In this document: positions 15,301-25,955 of the stretch, piece after piece | Numbering within the stretch: the stretch's first letter is position 1 | Layout: each line of letters opens with the position of its first letter | NCBI RefSeq assembly: GCF_964355755.1 | Contig: NC_092679.1 | Span: forward strand, 24,535,432-24,599,431 | Source: Antedon mediterranea | Taxonomy: Eukaryota > Animalia > Echinodermata | Reading direction: 5' to 3' | DNA: 64,000 nt | Translations under genes and position numbers: made by a program | The notes under the pieces: model-generated | Told to the model about the DNA's origin: nothing | Databases searched by the model: none | Seen by the model: only the letters and a program-made list of their open reading frames with translations

Positions 15301-18238
15301 TTAAAGGATAGGTTGCATTTAATGGTCTCTTACCATCATGGGAATACTACAGAAATCCTATCACTTTATTTAAAGGATAGGTTGCATTTAATGGTCTCTT
15401 ACCATCATGGGAATACTACAGAAATCCTATTTATCACTTTATTTAAAAAAGGATAGGTTGCATTTAATGGTCTCTTACCATCATGGGAATACTACAGAAA
15501 TCCTATCACTTTATTTAAAGGATAGGTTGCATTTAATGGTCTCTTACCATCATGGGAATACTACAGAAATCCTATCACTTTATTTAAAGGATAGGTTGCA
15601 TTTAATGGTCTCTTACCATCATGGGAATACTACAGAAATCCTATCACTTTATTTAAAGGATAGGTTGCATTTTAAACACTGGTTAAAAATGAATAAACAT
15701 CGTCATAAACTGGCTGAAATATGGACTGAGCTTGAGTTTTGAATATTTTCGAGTTAAAGTTTGACCTCCCTGACCTCCAGAATAACACAAACCAGAAATG
15801 GTGTTAGTTTTCTATGAGTGGGGCTTACCTGGGTAAACCAACACAGGCCTCTTCCTTCGGAGGGAAGAACAATAGTACAGTAACTCAAAAACTAACTTTG
15901 GACATCAGTAACCGCACGAAAACCGAAAGACACACACATATTTTATTGCGTAAACAATATTTGCTTTTAGGCTTAGTAATTTTATTAATTGATGAACTAC
16001 TTAATTGTATGACAGCATCACATATGTGGCCCAATTACAATTGTGTTTGGCCAACTGATCATCAGGGATTACAACCTATCTTGATTAATTATCTTATTGG
16101 TAATCCTTGGCCACATGTGCCTAAAGACATAAAATAAAAATATCATGAAATGATTACTTACAGATGATCCTGTCTTTTGAAACTCTTGGCACAAATGATG
16201 CATTTATGTCGCCTTTCACTGCTATGTATTAGTTTGTGTTTAGCCAAAGCGCTGGAACTGCCAAATATCTTGCTACAAACTGGACATGCCTGTGAGTAGC
16301 GATGTCCTTGACCAATACGTGGACGTCCTTTCTTCGCCTTTGGTGCCGATACTGTATCAGACTGACCGCCACTTTGTCCTGAAAAAAAAGAGAAAATTGA
16401 AAGTAATGCATTTAAATGTTATTGTAATGTATTTTATTTTTAGAATCATAAAAAAGCTCAGACAATGGTTCCCAATACTTCTTCAGCATGCCACGGTTTG
16501 ATTTACTTCAGGCAAACAAAGGTTGCCAAATGGGCTTTTTATAGTGTAGTTCAGAAAATGGTGATTAAAGTTTATCATGCGATATCAAAACTAAACTAGC
16601 AATCATTTATTTTCAAATTCAAATTTAGTCAATATTTTGGAAGAAAACCTCACCGATTAAAGATGATGGTAGATCATTCATAGCACTATGTCTAACATCA
16701 CTTGATGTACTCGTCATTGATGATATAGTACTTGTTGGTTCAGTTTCCATACTCAGTGACTGTGGTGACAATGCATCTGCTATGTAATTCTGATCCTCAA
16801 CATCTCCACTATTTTCAAAGATATCAAAAGCACTGCTATTTACACTTGCAGGATTTGAATCAAGAGTCAGATTAGTGTTATCATTCAGCCTTCCACCAGT
16901 TGTTGTGATTACCATGCCACTTTGCAAAAGAGAATCTTCCAAAGATACTGGCACTTGAGCCTCTGGCATTAACCCTCCATCTTGTAACAACTCCTCATTG
17001 CAATTTATGGCACTTAGCATCTGATCACCAGGAGGACGGTAACGTAACGCCGGACTCTGACGAGTTAGAGACGGACTATCCTGAGATACATCAGCTAACG
17101 ACAGCGATACATTTACAGATAATGGTGATATCGTTTTTGTGGTCATGTTTACAGGACCTTGAGCAGTATCTACTATCGATTGTATATTGGGTGATGATTT
17201 ATCATTGTTATTCTCATTAGACCCTTTAACTAAAGGCATTTTTGTATTTGGTATATAAACCGGTTGCCTCATAAAATTTGGAACATGTTGCATATTGAGA
17301 TGTGATATTTCTCTGGCAACGCCATAAGCATCCATGCCTTGGTTAACAAAACCATCTTCCTGTTTTAAAAAATTATTCATAGGGTTAACCACATTAGGTT
17401 GCAACTGCGCAAATGCTGCTGGATTGAACCCTGTCATAGAATCCTGACCAGTGCGAAAGGCAAACCTAGTTACTGGTTGTGTGTTGAATTGTGGCCACAC
17501 GCTGCTCTGATAGATGTTTGTTTGGTATCCTCTTTGTCCCTGGATAACATTGTGGTTCTGACGAATGACTGGCTGATGCTGGTAGTCAGGACTGTACTGC
17601 TGTTGTTGTTGCGCAACATCATTTTCAGCATGCTGCGTACTTGTCATGGCCCTCATGGACAGATCTCTTGGAGATGTAGGTGTTGGAGGTGTAGCTGATG
17701 GAATTTTAGTCTGATTGTTCATTGTTGGAACCACTGCATTTCTTTCAATTAGCTGAGCAAGTACTTGTTGTTCCAATGTCTGATTTAAATTCATATTCAT
17801 ATTATCTGTAAGGTAACTGTGTTGTTGCTGGTGATGTTGTTGCTGGTGCTGGTGCTGATGGTGTTGTTGTTGCTGCTGCTGCTGCTGTTGTTGCTGATGC
17901 TGTTGCAACTGATAGGCCACTGCAGCAGACATTGCAACATTAACTGTGTTTGACAGTGGGTTCGGTGGTGGGACAGTATTTACTGGTGTATGTACTGGCG
18001 TACCATGATTAGATGACAAGGGGTTATGCGGAGGAACGGTGTTCACTGGTGTGTGAACGGGTGTACAGTTCTGTGACAATGCATTTGGTGGCGCTACAGT
18101 GTTCACTGGAGTGTGAACAGGCGTACCACAACTGTCAGCAGAAAGACGTCTTTGCCCTGTGTTGATCATTAGTACACGAGGTTTTGACAAATCCTCAGGT
18201 ACAGGTGAAGTCAACAATTGATTTCTATGGTTCTGCAT
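330..18238 (-). CDS. TRERF1: ELM2-SANT C2H2 zinc-finger corepressor, pro-ortholog of vertebrate MIDEAS(ELMSAN1)/TRERF1/ZNF541; 14 coding exons, ~1677 aa
   Basis: Phase-consistent GT-AG exon chain (5'->3'): 18238-16654, 16378-16162, 8581-7955, 7696-6513, 5864-5822, 5658-5612, 5388-5296, 5074-4971, 4710-4629, 4468-4380, 3971-3834, 1796-1614, 1286-1078, 762-330 (5034 nt). Motifs: C2H2 fingers CPVCSKIF..HKLIH, CIICAKSFKRQDHLTGHLLTH, CIVNNCGKSYCDIRSLRRHFESQH, CSICKRKFKSMPALNGHMRLH; family motif PYTPPPMLSPIRSGSGLY; ELM2 start PHINVGTDYQAVMP; SANT WNLQERKAF..KTVKDLVEYYYRWKK; C-terminal [23 protein letters not shown]. The symbol is family-level; the closest paralog cannot be resolved. Confidence 0.9.
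944..1056. mobile_element. Short palindromic MITE-like repeat (second copy ~4275-4370)
   Basis: Imperfect inverted arms TCAAAC..TGACAAAAAAA / TTTTTTTGTCA..GTTTGA. The core ATATATGGACATGATGATGTCATATCACTACCATATTT is shared with 4291-4328. Confidence 0.6.
2481..2803. mobile_element. Kolobok-like non-autonomous DNA transposon (related copies ~38729-39040, 43026-43325, partial ~62030-62160)
   Basis: TTAA|AGATATATTGT ... ACAATGCATCT|TTAA: short TIR with TTAA TSD. Internal similarity among copies, e.g. GCTGCCAGCCAATGG at ~38850 and ACTGCCAGCCAATGG at ~43178. Confidence 0.6.
6059..6327. repeat. Intronic minisatellite, ~54-bp unit x5
   Basis: Unit ACGTATTCCTCTCCACTATGAATACCATACTAGTACAGTAGTACCAACAATGTA; it produces the repetitive ORF 5951-6301. 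Confidence 0.9.
8900..13199. mobile_element. 4.3-kb non-autonomous TIR DNA transposon, Sola2-like, in the 7.6-kb intron 8582-16161
   Basis: 26-bp TIR GGGTGTTTCCATAAATWAAGGGGCCA at both ends; 4-bp TSD ATGT (8896-8899, 13200-13203); internal repeated GTGTCTC..GTTAC motifs; no long ORF. The superfamily call rests only on the GRG terminus plus 4-bp TSD. Confidence 0.75.
15249..15672. repeat. Intronic minisatellite, ~69-bp unit x6
   Basis: Unit ATGGTCTCTTACCATCATGGGAATACTACAGAAATCCTATCACTTTATTTAAAGGATAGGTTGCATTTA. Confidence 0.9.
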
Positions 18239-19665
18239 ATTGAGCCCTTATCCATTGAAAGTCTTAGCACATATCCAAACCATCCATCATCCTAAAAAAA
18301 CAAGAAATATTTTTGAGTAACTTTTCCTCATCATAGTTTAAAATGTTACAATATTTTGGTAAAAAATAATAAGAAAAATCAGGCATTGTCTTTTGAAAAT
18401 TATAGGTGTACTACAAACTGCAATCCGCAATACATTCAGGGATGCTGTCGGTGTGCTTTTGTATTTTGGTGTGCTTTTGTATTTTGGTATGTAGAAGTTT
18501 ACCAAATTTAAGCGTGTTGTAAATAGCACTTCTCAAAGGCAGTTTAGGAGTGTGTTAGGTGACTGATCGCACTTGCTCGCCTTAAAAGACAAGGCCTGAA
18601 AAAAAGTAATGACTTACAACATTTATTTATTGACCCTTTGGGAAAAATACAAAAGTTTGTGTTTGTAGTACATCCATTGAAAGTTATGAAAAAAATTGAA
18701 AGTCCAATTCAGTTTTCCGCTTCGTCTTTAAAAATAAGGAAAGCGGGTAGGGACAGAATTCCATACAGCACTACTACAGTATGCAGCCCTTGAAATTATG
18801 GAAAATTTACTGGTACATAATGCCACGGCCAGGGAATTTTCCTTAATATATAGCCAATTTTCCAATGTTTTATTCACAAGTAGCCTAGTTTTCTTTTTTT
18901 TCAATATATTATTCCTACAGAATAATAGTCTTAGCTGCATTGTGCAATGACGTTCTCCGCGAAATCAAGTTATTTGCGATAAACCTTATTATTTATTTTT
19001 GTCAGCACATTTTTCGTATCAAAAATGATTATTTTATCCTAAGAAATTTGTAAAATAAATATAATGTTTGTCAATTAAAAAAAAACATTTGTTATGCATG
19101 ACTTTAATCTGTTTCATTGTAATTTAGTAGATTAACAATGTATAAAAGTGCATATAGGCCTAGCACCAAAAAAGACTCGGGGCGAAATGACCTAAAATGT
19201 GTGCATGCATGGATGACGTTGCAGATGAATGTATGCGAGCTCAATTGCAGCACTCCACTGCACTGACTGGTCATGATAAAAGGGGAAAAGCATCATGCAC
19301 ACTCTAGCTAGGGCTAGCCTAGGCCTAATATATAATGTATATACTTTGTTTCTGCTTCTATGTAATGTTTTATAAACAAGTATTGTAGGTTGGATTTCGA
19401 AGGATAAATAGACTGGAAATACTCGATCTAAACTGTCTTACACGACTGTGTCTGTCTGATGTGAATAGGCTATACTAGCCATATTCAGTAAGCCGTCGGT
19501 AGTTCGTTCGTGTGCACATTTTTGGAAACACACCGCCGGGATGCTGAAACGAATACCCTATATATCCTGCAAAAATGCTTCGTCATAGACTACCTAATAC
19601 AATTAAAACAAGCACAGGCATTTTCTTAATATATCAAAGTATATATCTGCAGGTAAATGGCTTAC

Positions 19666-19800
19666 CATAAAAAATGCTTTACGGACGATTTAGCGTGCAA
19701 TTATTTTCACATTTCTATAGAGCATCTCCGGAAATGGTGGTCGAAATACGCAAGATATTGGTGACCCCGTTTATCACTACAGTAAACAAATTGTATATAC
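19666..19800 (-). other. Probable 5' leader exon of the MIDEAS/TRERF1-like gene
   Basis: Strong donor ATG|GTAAG at 19666/19665, joinable to the acceptor at 18292; CpG-richer region. The 5' boundary is approximate. Confidence 0.55.
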
Positions 19801-19993
19801 GCCCGGAAAGTTTTCGAAATATAGTACATAGTTTCTCCTAATTTAACATGTCTATCATGTAAGCAACAAAGGAAATAAATTAAATACAATTTACAGTAGT
19901 ATACATCATATCTATAGTTAAGATTAATTTAGAAATTTATAATTTGTGTTACTTTTTAAAATCGCGCATTGATAACTTTAGGTAAAAGATGAG

Positions 19994-20010
19994 TGACGTA
20001 AATGACGTCA
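19994..20010. promoter_or_regulatory. Tandem CRE/ATF sites (TGACGTAA, TGACGTCA) in the putative promoter of the MIDEAS/TRERF1-like gene
   Basis: Perfect palindromic CRE at 20003-20010 and a variant at 19994-20001, about 330 bp upstream of the leader-exon donor. Confidence 0.5.
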
Positions 20011-21211
20011 TGGGGCTCGGCTTAAGTACAAAACAACAGTAAGTACGTGTGCATGATCAAGGAGCTGGAGAGTATTCGTATAAAATATATCTTTTTAGTG
20101 TTGGTGTGGGGCGGCGGTGGTGATGCGTCCGGGATCGCTGTGAAAGCAAAAGAAGCCAAATAATCAAACAATATTATATTTATAGTTTTGCTTGAGATGT
20201 TAAGGTTGTGTGTCCAAACAAGTTGTTTAATTTACTTTTTGTCTCCAGTCCGACCCTGACCTGGTAAATTCCCGGATGCTATAATCTCCCGTGAAAAAGT
20301 GGGTCCCCTGATTTTATCACTTCAGTCTTACTCTTGAGTCAATTTGTTTTAAAATGCAAAGACAAATTGGAAGAAGTGCCGACGTAATATTATAAGCCGA
20401 TTCTCTAGGCATGACCTGGGCATAGGCCCTGAGCAATTGTGCCGACATTCAGATGATTGATTTCGATGTTATTCTAAATCACATTTGCCTTCATTTACAT
20501 TTTTTTAAATACAATTAATTAAAATTATCCATCAACCATTGAAAAAACAGATGCACAGCAATTGAAAAGAAAGAAAGAGAAGTAAAAGACAGCAGCAGCA
20601 GAGCACTCTTCTTTCCAGACGTTCTTTAGGGTTTGCGCCTTGCGCCCAGTCCAAGTTTCCAAATACATTTTTTCTCAGCCGTAACAGTAATACTATACTT
20701 TCCGCGTGATACGTCCCCTTTTGAATAAAAAGGCGCGGCGCAAAAAGTATAATCATGGAATAAGGGGAATCAAATTCGTAGAATGGTTGATGTCTGCTGG
20801 TGGGAGGGTGCGAAAAGAATCTTCAGTACCTCTTTGAAATATGAAGTGAAATAAATAAGCAGGATCGACCAGTCCTACATTGCGAGTGTTGCCATAAAAA
20901 AAAGCCACAAAAAAAATCATAATTATTAATTTTTATATCCAGATGCGACTATCACGTTTTTTTAGGTAGGGCTTTCTCTACTTTAAATCTCGGCTTCATA
21001 ATGCCTAGCCTAACCCGACGGCGGATTAGTTCAACTTTGAAATTCTTCTAGACATGCAAATGTTCCTAGTTTTCTGACATTATAAATAAAATTGAGGGCG
21101 CTAAACATAAAATGTACAAGATCGAATTGAAGGAGGTGGCGTACGTAAGCTACAGGAGAAAAAAAGATGTTATGGTGTGCCCTCCCTGCTTTTTTTTTTT
21201 ACATTAAATTA

Positions 21212-21672
21212 AATTGAGGGCGCTAAACATAAATTTAAAACATCAAAGCAAAATGTGCTCTCCCTGCCTCTCAGCACTAAGGCCCTGCAGCAGCCTTTTG
21301 AGGTCGTTTCCACCAAATCACCAGATGCATTGATGTTGTCGCCTCATGATGTGTGCTGGAAAGGGGGACGTATAATTCTGTAAACCCCAAACACAGTAGC
21401 TCACATTTTATTTATTCATAGGAATCACCTTTATATCGGTGGCACGTCACATTATCAGTTAATGGTGCATCCATTTTACAGACAAAATACAAATAACATA
21501 AGCTACAAAGTTCTAAATACTAACACATAACATAAAAACAAAATGTAAACTAATTAATTAATTAGATCTGTATGAAATTAGCTTTAACTCTATTCCACCT
21601 GACCAGCATGGGATTCAAACCCACGACATTCGTGTTGTTAACACGACGCTCAATCGAGTGAGCTAACCGGTC
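21212..21672 (-). mobile_element. tRNA-Ile-derived SINE (copy 1), with a ~175-bp internal insertion
   Basis: Reverse complement of 21601-21672 is GACCGGTTAGCTCACTCGATTGAGCGTCGTGTTAACAACACGAATGTCGTGGGTTTGAATCCCATGCTGGTC, which resembles tRNA-Ile(AAT). The body (CACACATCATGAGGCGACAACATCAATGCATCTGGTGAT...TTTAGCGCCCTCAAT) matches 58540-58762. Confidence 0.75.
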
Positions 21673-24016
21673 ATTTTGTTTATAAAACGATTAATACAAA
21701 CTTCGTTCCCTCAACACGTTGATGAATATGCATATTCATGAGGTAATGATAAATAGACTATTGCTAGATGTTCATTCATGTAGGCCCCTTTGTGGCATAA
21801 CGGGTAATGCTCTGTTTTGAGTGTTCTCAGCTCTAGATTGGGTTCGGATCTCTACGGATTTTTTAATAGAAAATAAATATTGTTTGAATAAAAACAGTCA
21901 TACTAGCTACCTGATTTTAAGTTATTAATAGCCATTTAAATTAGCTTGAATTGCTGTCGATTAAGATTATATTTTTTAATCTGATTAAGATTGGGTGTAG
22001 TTTGAATAAGATTAGGTGTATTCTGTTCATTAAGTAATTCCTCTGATAGTGTGTTTAAGAGGTCTATTTAACATCAGGTGGAGTTTAATCTGATTAAGGT
22101 GTAGTTTGATTTAGATTAAATGTAATCTGTGTAAACCCGAGAGTTAAAAGTTTTGGTCAAATTTGCGCGATTGAGGGCGTTCATGTAATCACGTGACTGG
22201 AACCCGTCACATGCCTCCTGTATAGGATCGAAGGCCAGCAGAGCCAATTGCTATGTCGATATGCGAACAGCACTTTTCTATAATAATCAATTATTCTTCT
22301 GCTCCTCAGTCTCACCACCATCATCTCGCTAATCACTCTGCTTTCAAATACCTCTCTGCTAATTAACAGTGGAACTTTTTATGGCCAGAGGGAAGAACAT
22401 TGTTCAGACGAATATATTAAAAGACTCATCGTATGAGATTATTATTCTGACTAGCATGTTGAATATAATGTTTGGCTAAAATAGGCCTACTTTGCTATAA
22501 TCGTTTAAGGAGGGCTCAATAAATGTATCTCTTACTTTTAATATTGTCTTTTGCACAATGGAATACTTTTTTTTAAATTGATTTAAATGTTAATTCCATG
22601 CAAACATTCCCCAGCTGATTGTTTGTATATCAGCTTCTGGAAAAGTTTTTCCTTGCAATAATAAAAAAAAGAAGGAACCCACTTCTATAATATTACCAGA
22701 GAGTTCTGGGTTAATGATAGACAATTTCGAGTGTGAACAAAAGTTTACATGACTTGAATTAAACAAATTTCACAACGTAGAGATCAATTTTTCTTACCAA
22801 ATGTTGACAAACAAATCCATTTAGGCCTTTTATAAGGATAATTATGAAGTTAGCTCAATTTTTGATGCGTAAAATCCTATTCTAATGCTCAGGCGGTTAC
22901 TCATGCTGTGAAACCGTATTATTACAAAGACGTATTCATCATCCATTATCCATGGATAAAAGTAACAAAACTTTACCAGTGAGAAAGCATTATAGCATGC
23001 CACACGTTATTATTGTCTATTTAAGAATAAAGTGGAATAAAGAATAATAAACAGAAAGTTTTTGAATGAAACTGAATAAAAAAAATAAATAAAATAAGTA
23101 AAATAGGACACTAAACTTTGTTGAAGCAATTCAAAAATGGTACAATTACAGTGCCTTACAAAACTGTATATAATAATTAAGGTAGAGAACATTCAAGAAT
23201 TCCTTAACCAATACCGGTATTTGATTGTTGAAGATTAATTGTACTATAATGTCAAAACAAGGAGATTTGAATAAACATAGAAAAATATACATAAATCTTT
23301 AAAACATACATCAGTCAAAAGAAACGAATTTAAGTGATATTAAATGAATTGCCAATTACGTTAATATGTGTATGTACTTGGCCTGTAGTCATAAAATAAT
23401 ATCAGTTTTAGTTTATTGTACAGTAGGCCTATATTAATACGGTGCACCATATATTAAAATAGGAACAAGAATATATATAAAAAATATAGGCCTATTTTTA
23501 TAAAAAAGTAACAAATTCAAGATTTTTTTACCATGTGAAGGTCAAAGAATAATTTTGCTATCATTATTATTATTATTATATTCAAAAAAAATATATATAA
23601 AAATATTAAGAATATTAAATTAAGTCAAAAGAAATTGATGATGATATTGGATTCCACGTTATGTACTATTTTTATATTTAAATTAATATAAATTAAAAAG
23701 AAAAACAACTATGATATGCAGCAGTATTTACAACTTGTCATAAATAAACGTTTAGTTGTCTCAATTCGGTTATCCAAACTATAAACAATATGACAATTAA
23801 TATTTGATATCCACAATTAAATTTTCAAAATATTGAATCAAACTATCCCCTATACCGATTATTATGTTAACTTTACCAACTATGATGATTTTTATTAGAA
23901 AAGCATTACAAAATATGTAAAAATAAAATAATAATTATATAAGGTTTAGGCCTATAAGAAAGAAATCGATATAACTTATTTAAAGAAAAGACATTAGAGA
24001 CTAAAGTTTGTCTAAA

Positions 24017-24090
24017 AAGCTCATGTTGTGTAAGCTCATGTTGTGTAAGCTCATGTTGTGTAAGCTCATGTTGTGTAAGCTCATGTTGTG
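24017..24090. repeat. 15-bp tandem repeat (AAGCTCATGTTGTGT) x5
   Basis: Directly visible in the sequence. Confidence 0.9.
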
Positions 24091-25701
24091 TTGCGATAAA
24101 ACACGGTTTATACACCTACTGTATATTCAATTTTCAAAATAAAATAAATTTTAAAACGTTGGTTGTAAATCTATGTTGTACAACAAGAGAAAAATAATCA
24201 ATAACCATAATTATTTTAAAAAAACAATTAATTTGGTAAATTAACCCCAATAAAACATAGTGATTAATGGCATGTTATTATTTGCTGAAACTAATTTATT
24301 ATTCATTAATATTCTTCAACAATCTATAACTCGTATCACCTCACCATCATCAATCAAGAGTTTTCTATTAATCAAAAAATATAAAATTCCCATCGTAATT
24401 ACCATTTCTCGATAATTAATATATGCCTATGGATAACAATTAAGTAAGAATACCTTCTGGTGTACAAAACATTTGATGTATGCCGTAAAATGTACTGTAT
24501 ATTATTAAGGTCTAAGTAATTACAGTCATATAGTAAATTGAGGCCGTCGTCGTCGTTGTATGGAAGGTCATTGAAAACGACATTTCTTTGTTTCTTTTAT
24601 TTTGAGTATTATCAAAGCAACAGATTGTGTATGTAGCATGTAATACATTGTAATAATACAGATATTTATTAACTTATTCGCCTGTTTATAGGCCTACCAT
24701 GGAGAAATAATCTTACGTTTCTTTTTAATCTGAAGGCCAACGGCGTACCGCATAAATTGCCTCGTGACGTAATGTGCTTGATTCGCGACGACGGAAGGTC
24801 TGCTTATATAAATAATAGATAGGCCTAGACAAATTATCGGGAAAAAAAAGAAACAAAAATAATTAATAAGTTGTACGTTCATTGCAATACAATAAAATAA
24901 TGAAGACGATTTGAATATGAGGAACGCGCAAATGGAGAAAAGGTTAGCATAGTTTTTGAAAACAAAAATGTGTGCGTAAAATGGAACTATAAATAGAAAT
25001 GAAGTGAATTAACGGGTAGAATATCAAAATGATGTATATAATAATAATAACATTTATTTACACAAATTGTAGAGCAAAATACACAGAAACATAATCAACA
25101 TAATAATATAATGTGGAAAAGGGACGCCATGACAGCAAGAAAGCTTTAAATTGTGCGCCCCACTCGACAGTCAAAAACTAAAACTTCAAAATATTAATAA
25201 ATAAATAAGTTATGTATATAAGATAACAGACACAAAAATGTGTAGTAAAGTAGGACGCAACCCACAAAACTTCAATACTTCTTTAGCAGCGATATTAATT
25301 GACTAAATTCATAATGAAAAAGTACAACAATATTCCTTCTTTCATTGTAGATTTTCGGTAAAACCATTTAATTTTCTTGCAGTTTATATTACATAAAAAT
25401 AATTCACAATTTAGTTTTACGACTAGTAGTTTACATTTTCCTAATTAAATTTGAAATTCTAATGATCTTGCTTTATGAAAGTTAATTGTGCATGTAAATT
25501 ACGCTCAAATTTCAAATTAATTTTCTTTAAGATCATGAATAGATTACTTCAGTGTCTACATGTCTATAAACTAGTCTTGCCTTGTTATTTATGTTCACCA
25601 ATCTCCATATGACCTTCATATAGTGATGGAAGCAGTGAGTAAAGTTATCAGAGTTTCACATTTTTACAACTATAAATAAGATATTTTTTAAATAAAATTG
25701 A

Positions 25702-25895
25702 ATGACAAAATAGATCGACGTTTCAGAACCATCATGGAACCATTAAGAACAAATGAGTTAAAAGTACAAAGCATTAAATGATGACAGGAAAATACTATAA
25801 GTAATCAATAACAAAGACTAAAAAGTGTAACGTTACTCATTTGTTCTTGAGAATGGTTGCATGATGGTTCTGAAACGTCGATATTTTTTGTCATT
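25702..25895. mobile_element. Foldback/MITE with ~55-bp inverted arms just 3' of the Ig gene
   Basis: ATGACAAAA..TCGACGTTTCAGAACCATCATG..AAGAACAAATGAGT versus ACTCATTTGTTCTT..CATGATGGTTCTGAAACGTCGA..TTTTGTCAT. Confidence 0.7.
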
Positions 25896-25955
25896 AAACT
25901 ATATTTTAAGGTTATATAGCAAACGTCTCTTTAATAAATAAGATAATCGGAAGAT

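Noticed and set aside
21601-21672. Functional tRNA gene (also 58444-58520)
   Set aside because: The D-loop GG and T-loop TTCG are mutated, the anticodon is AAC on an Ile-like body, and it is followed by a shared SINE body rather than a T-run terminator.
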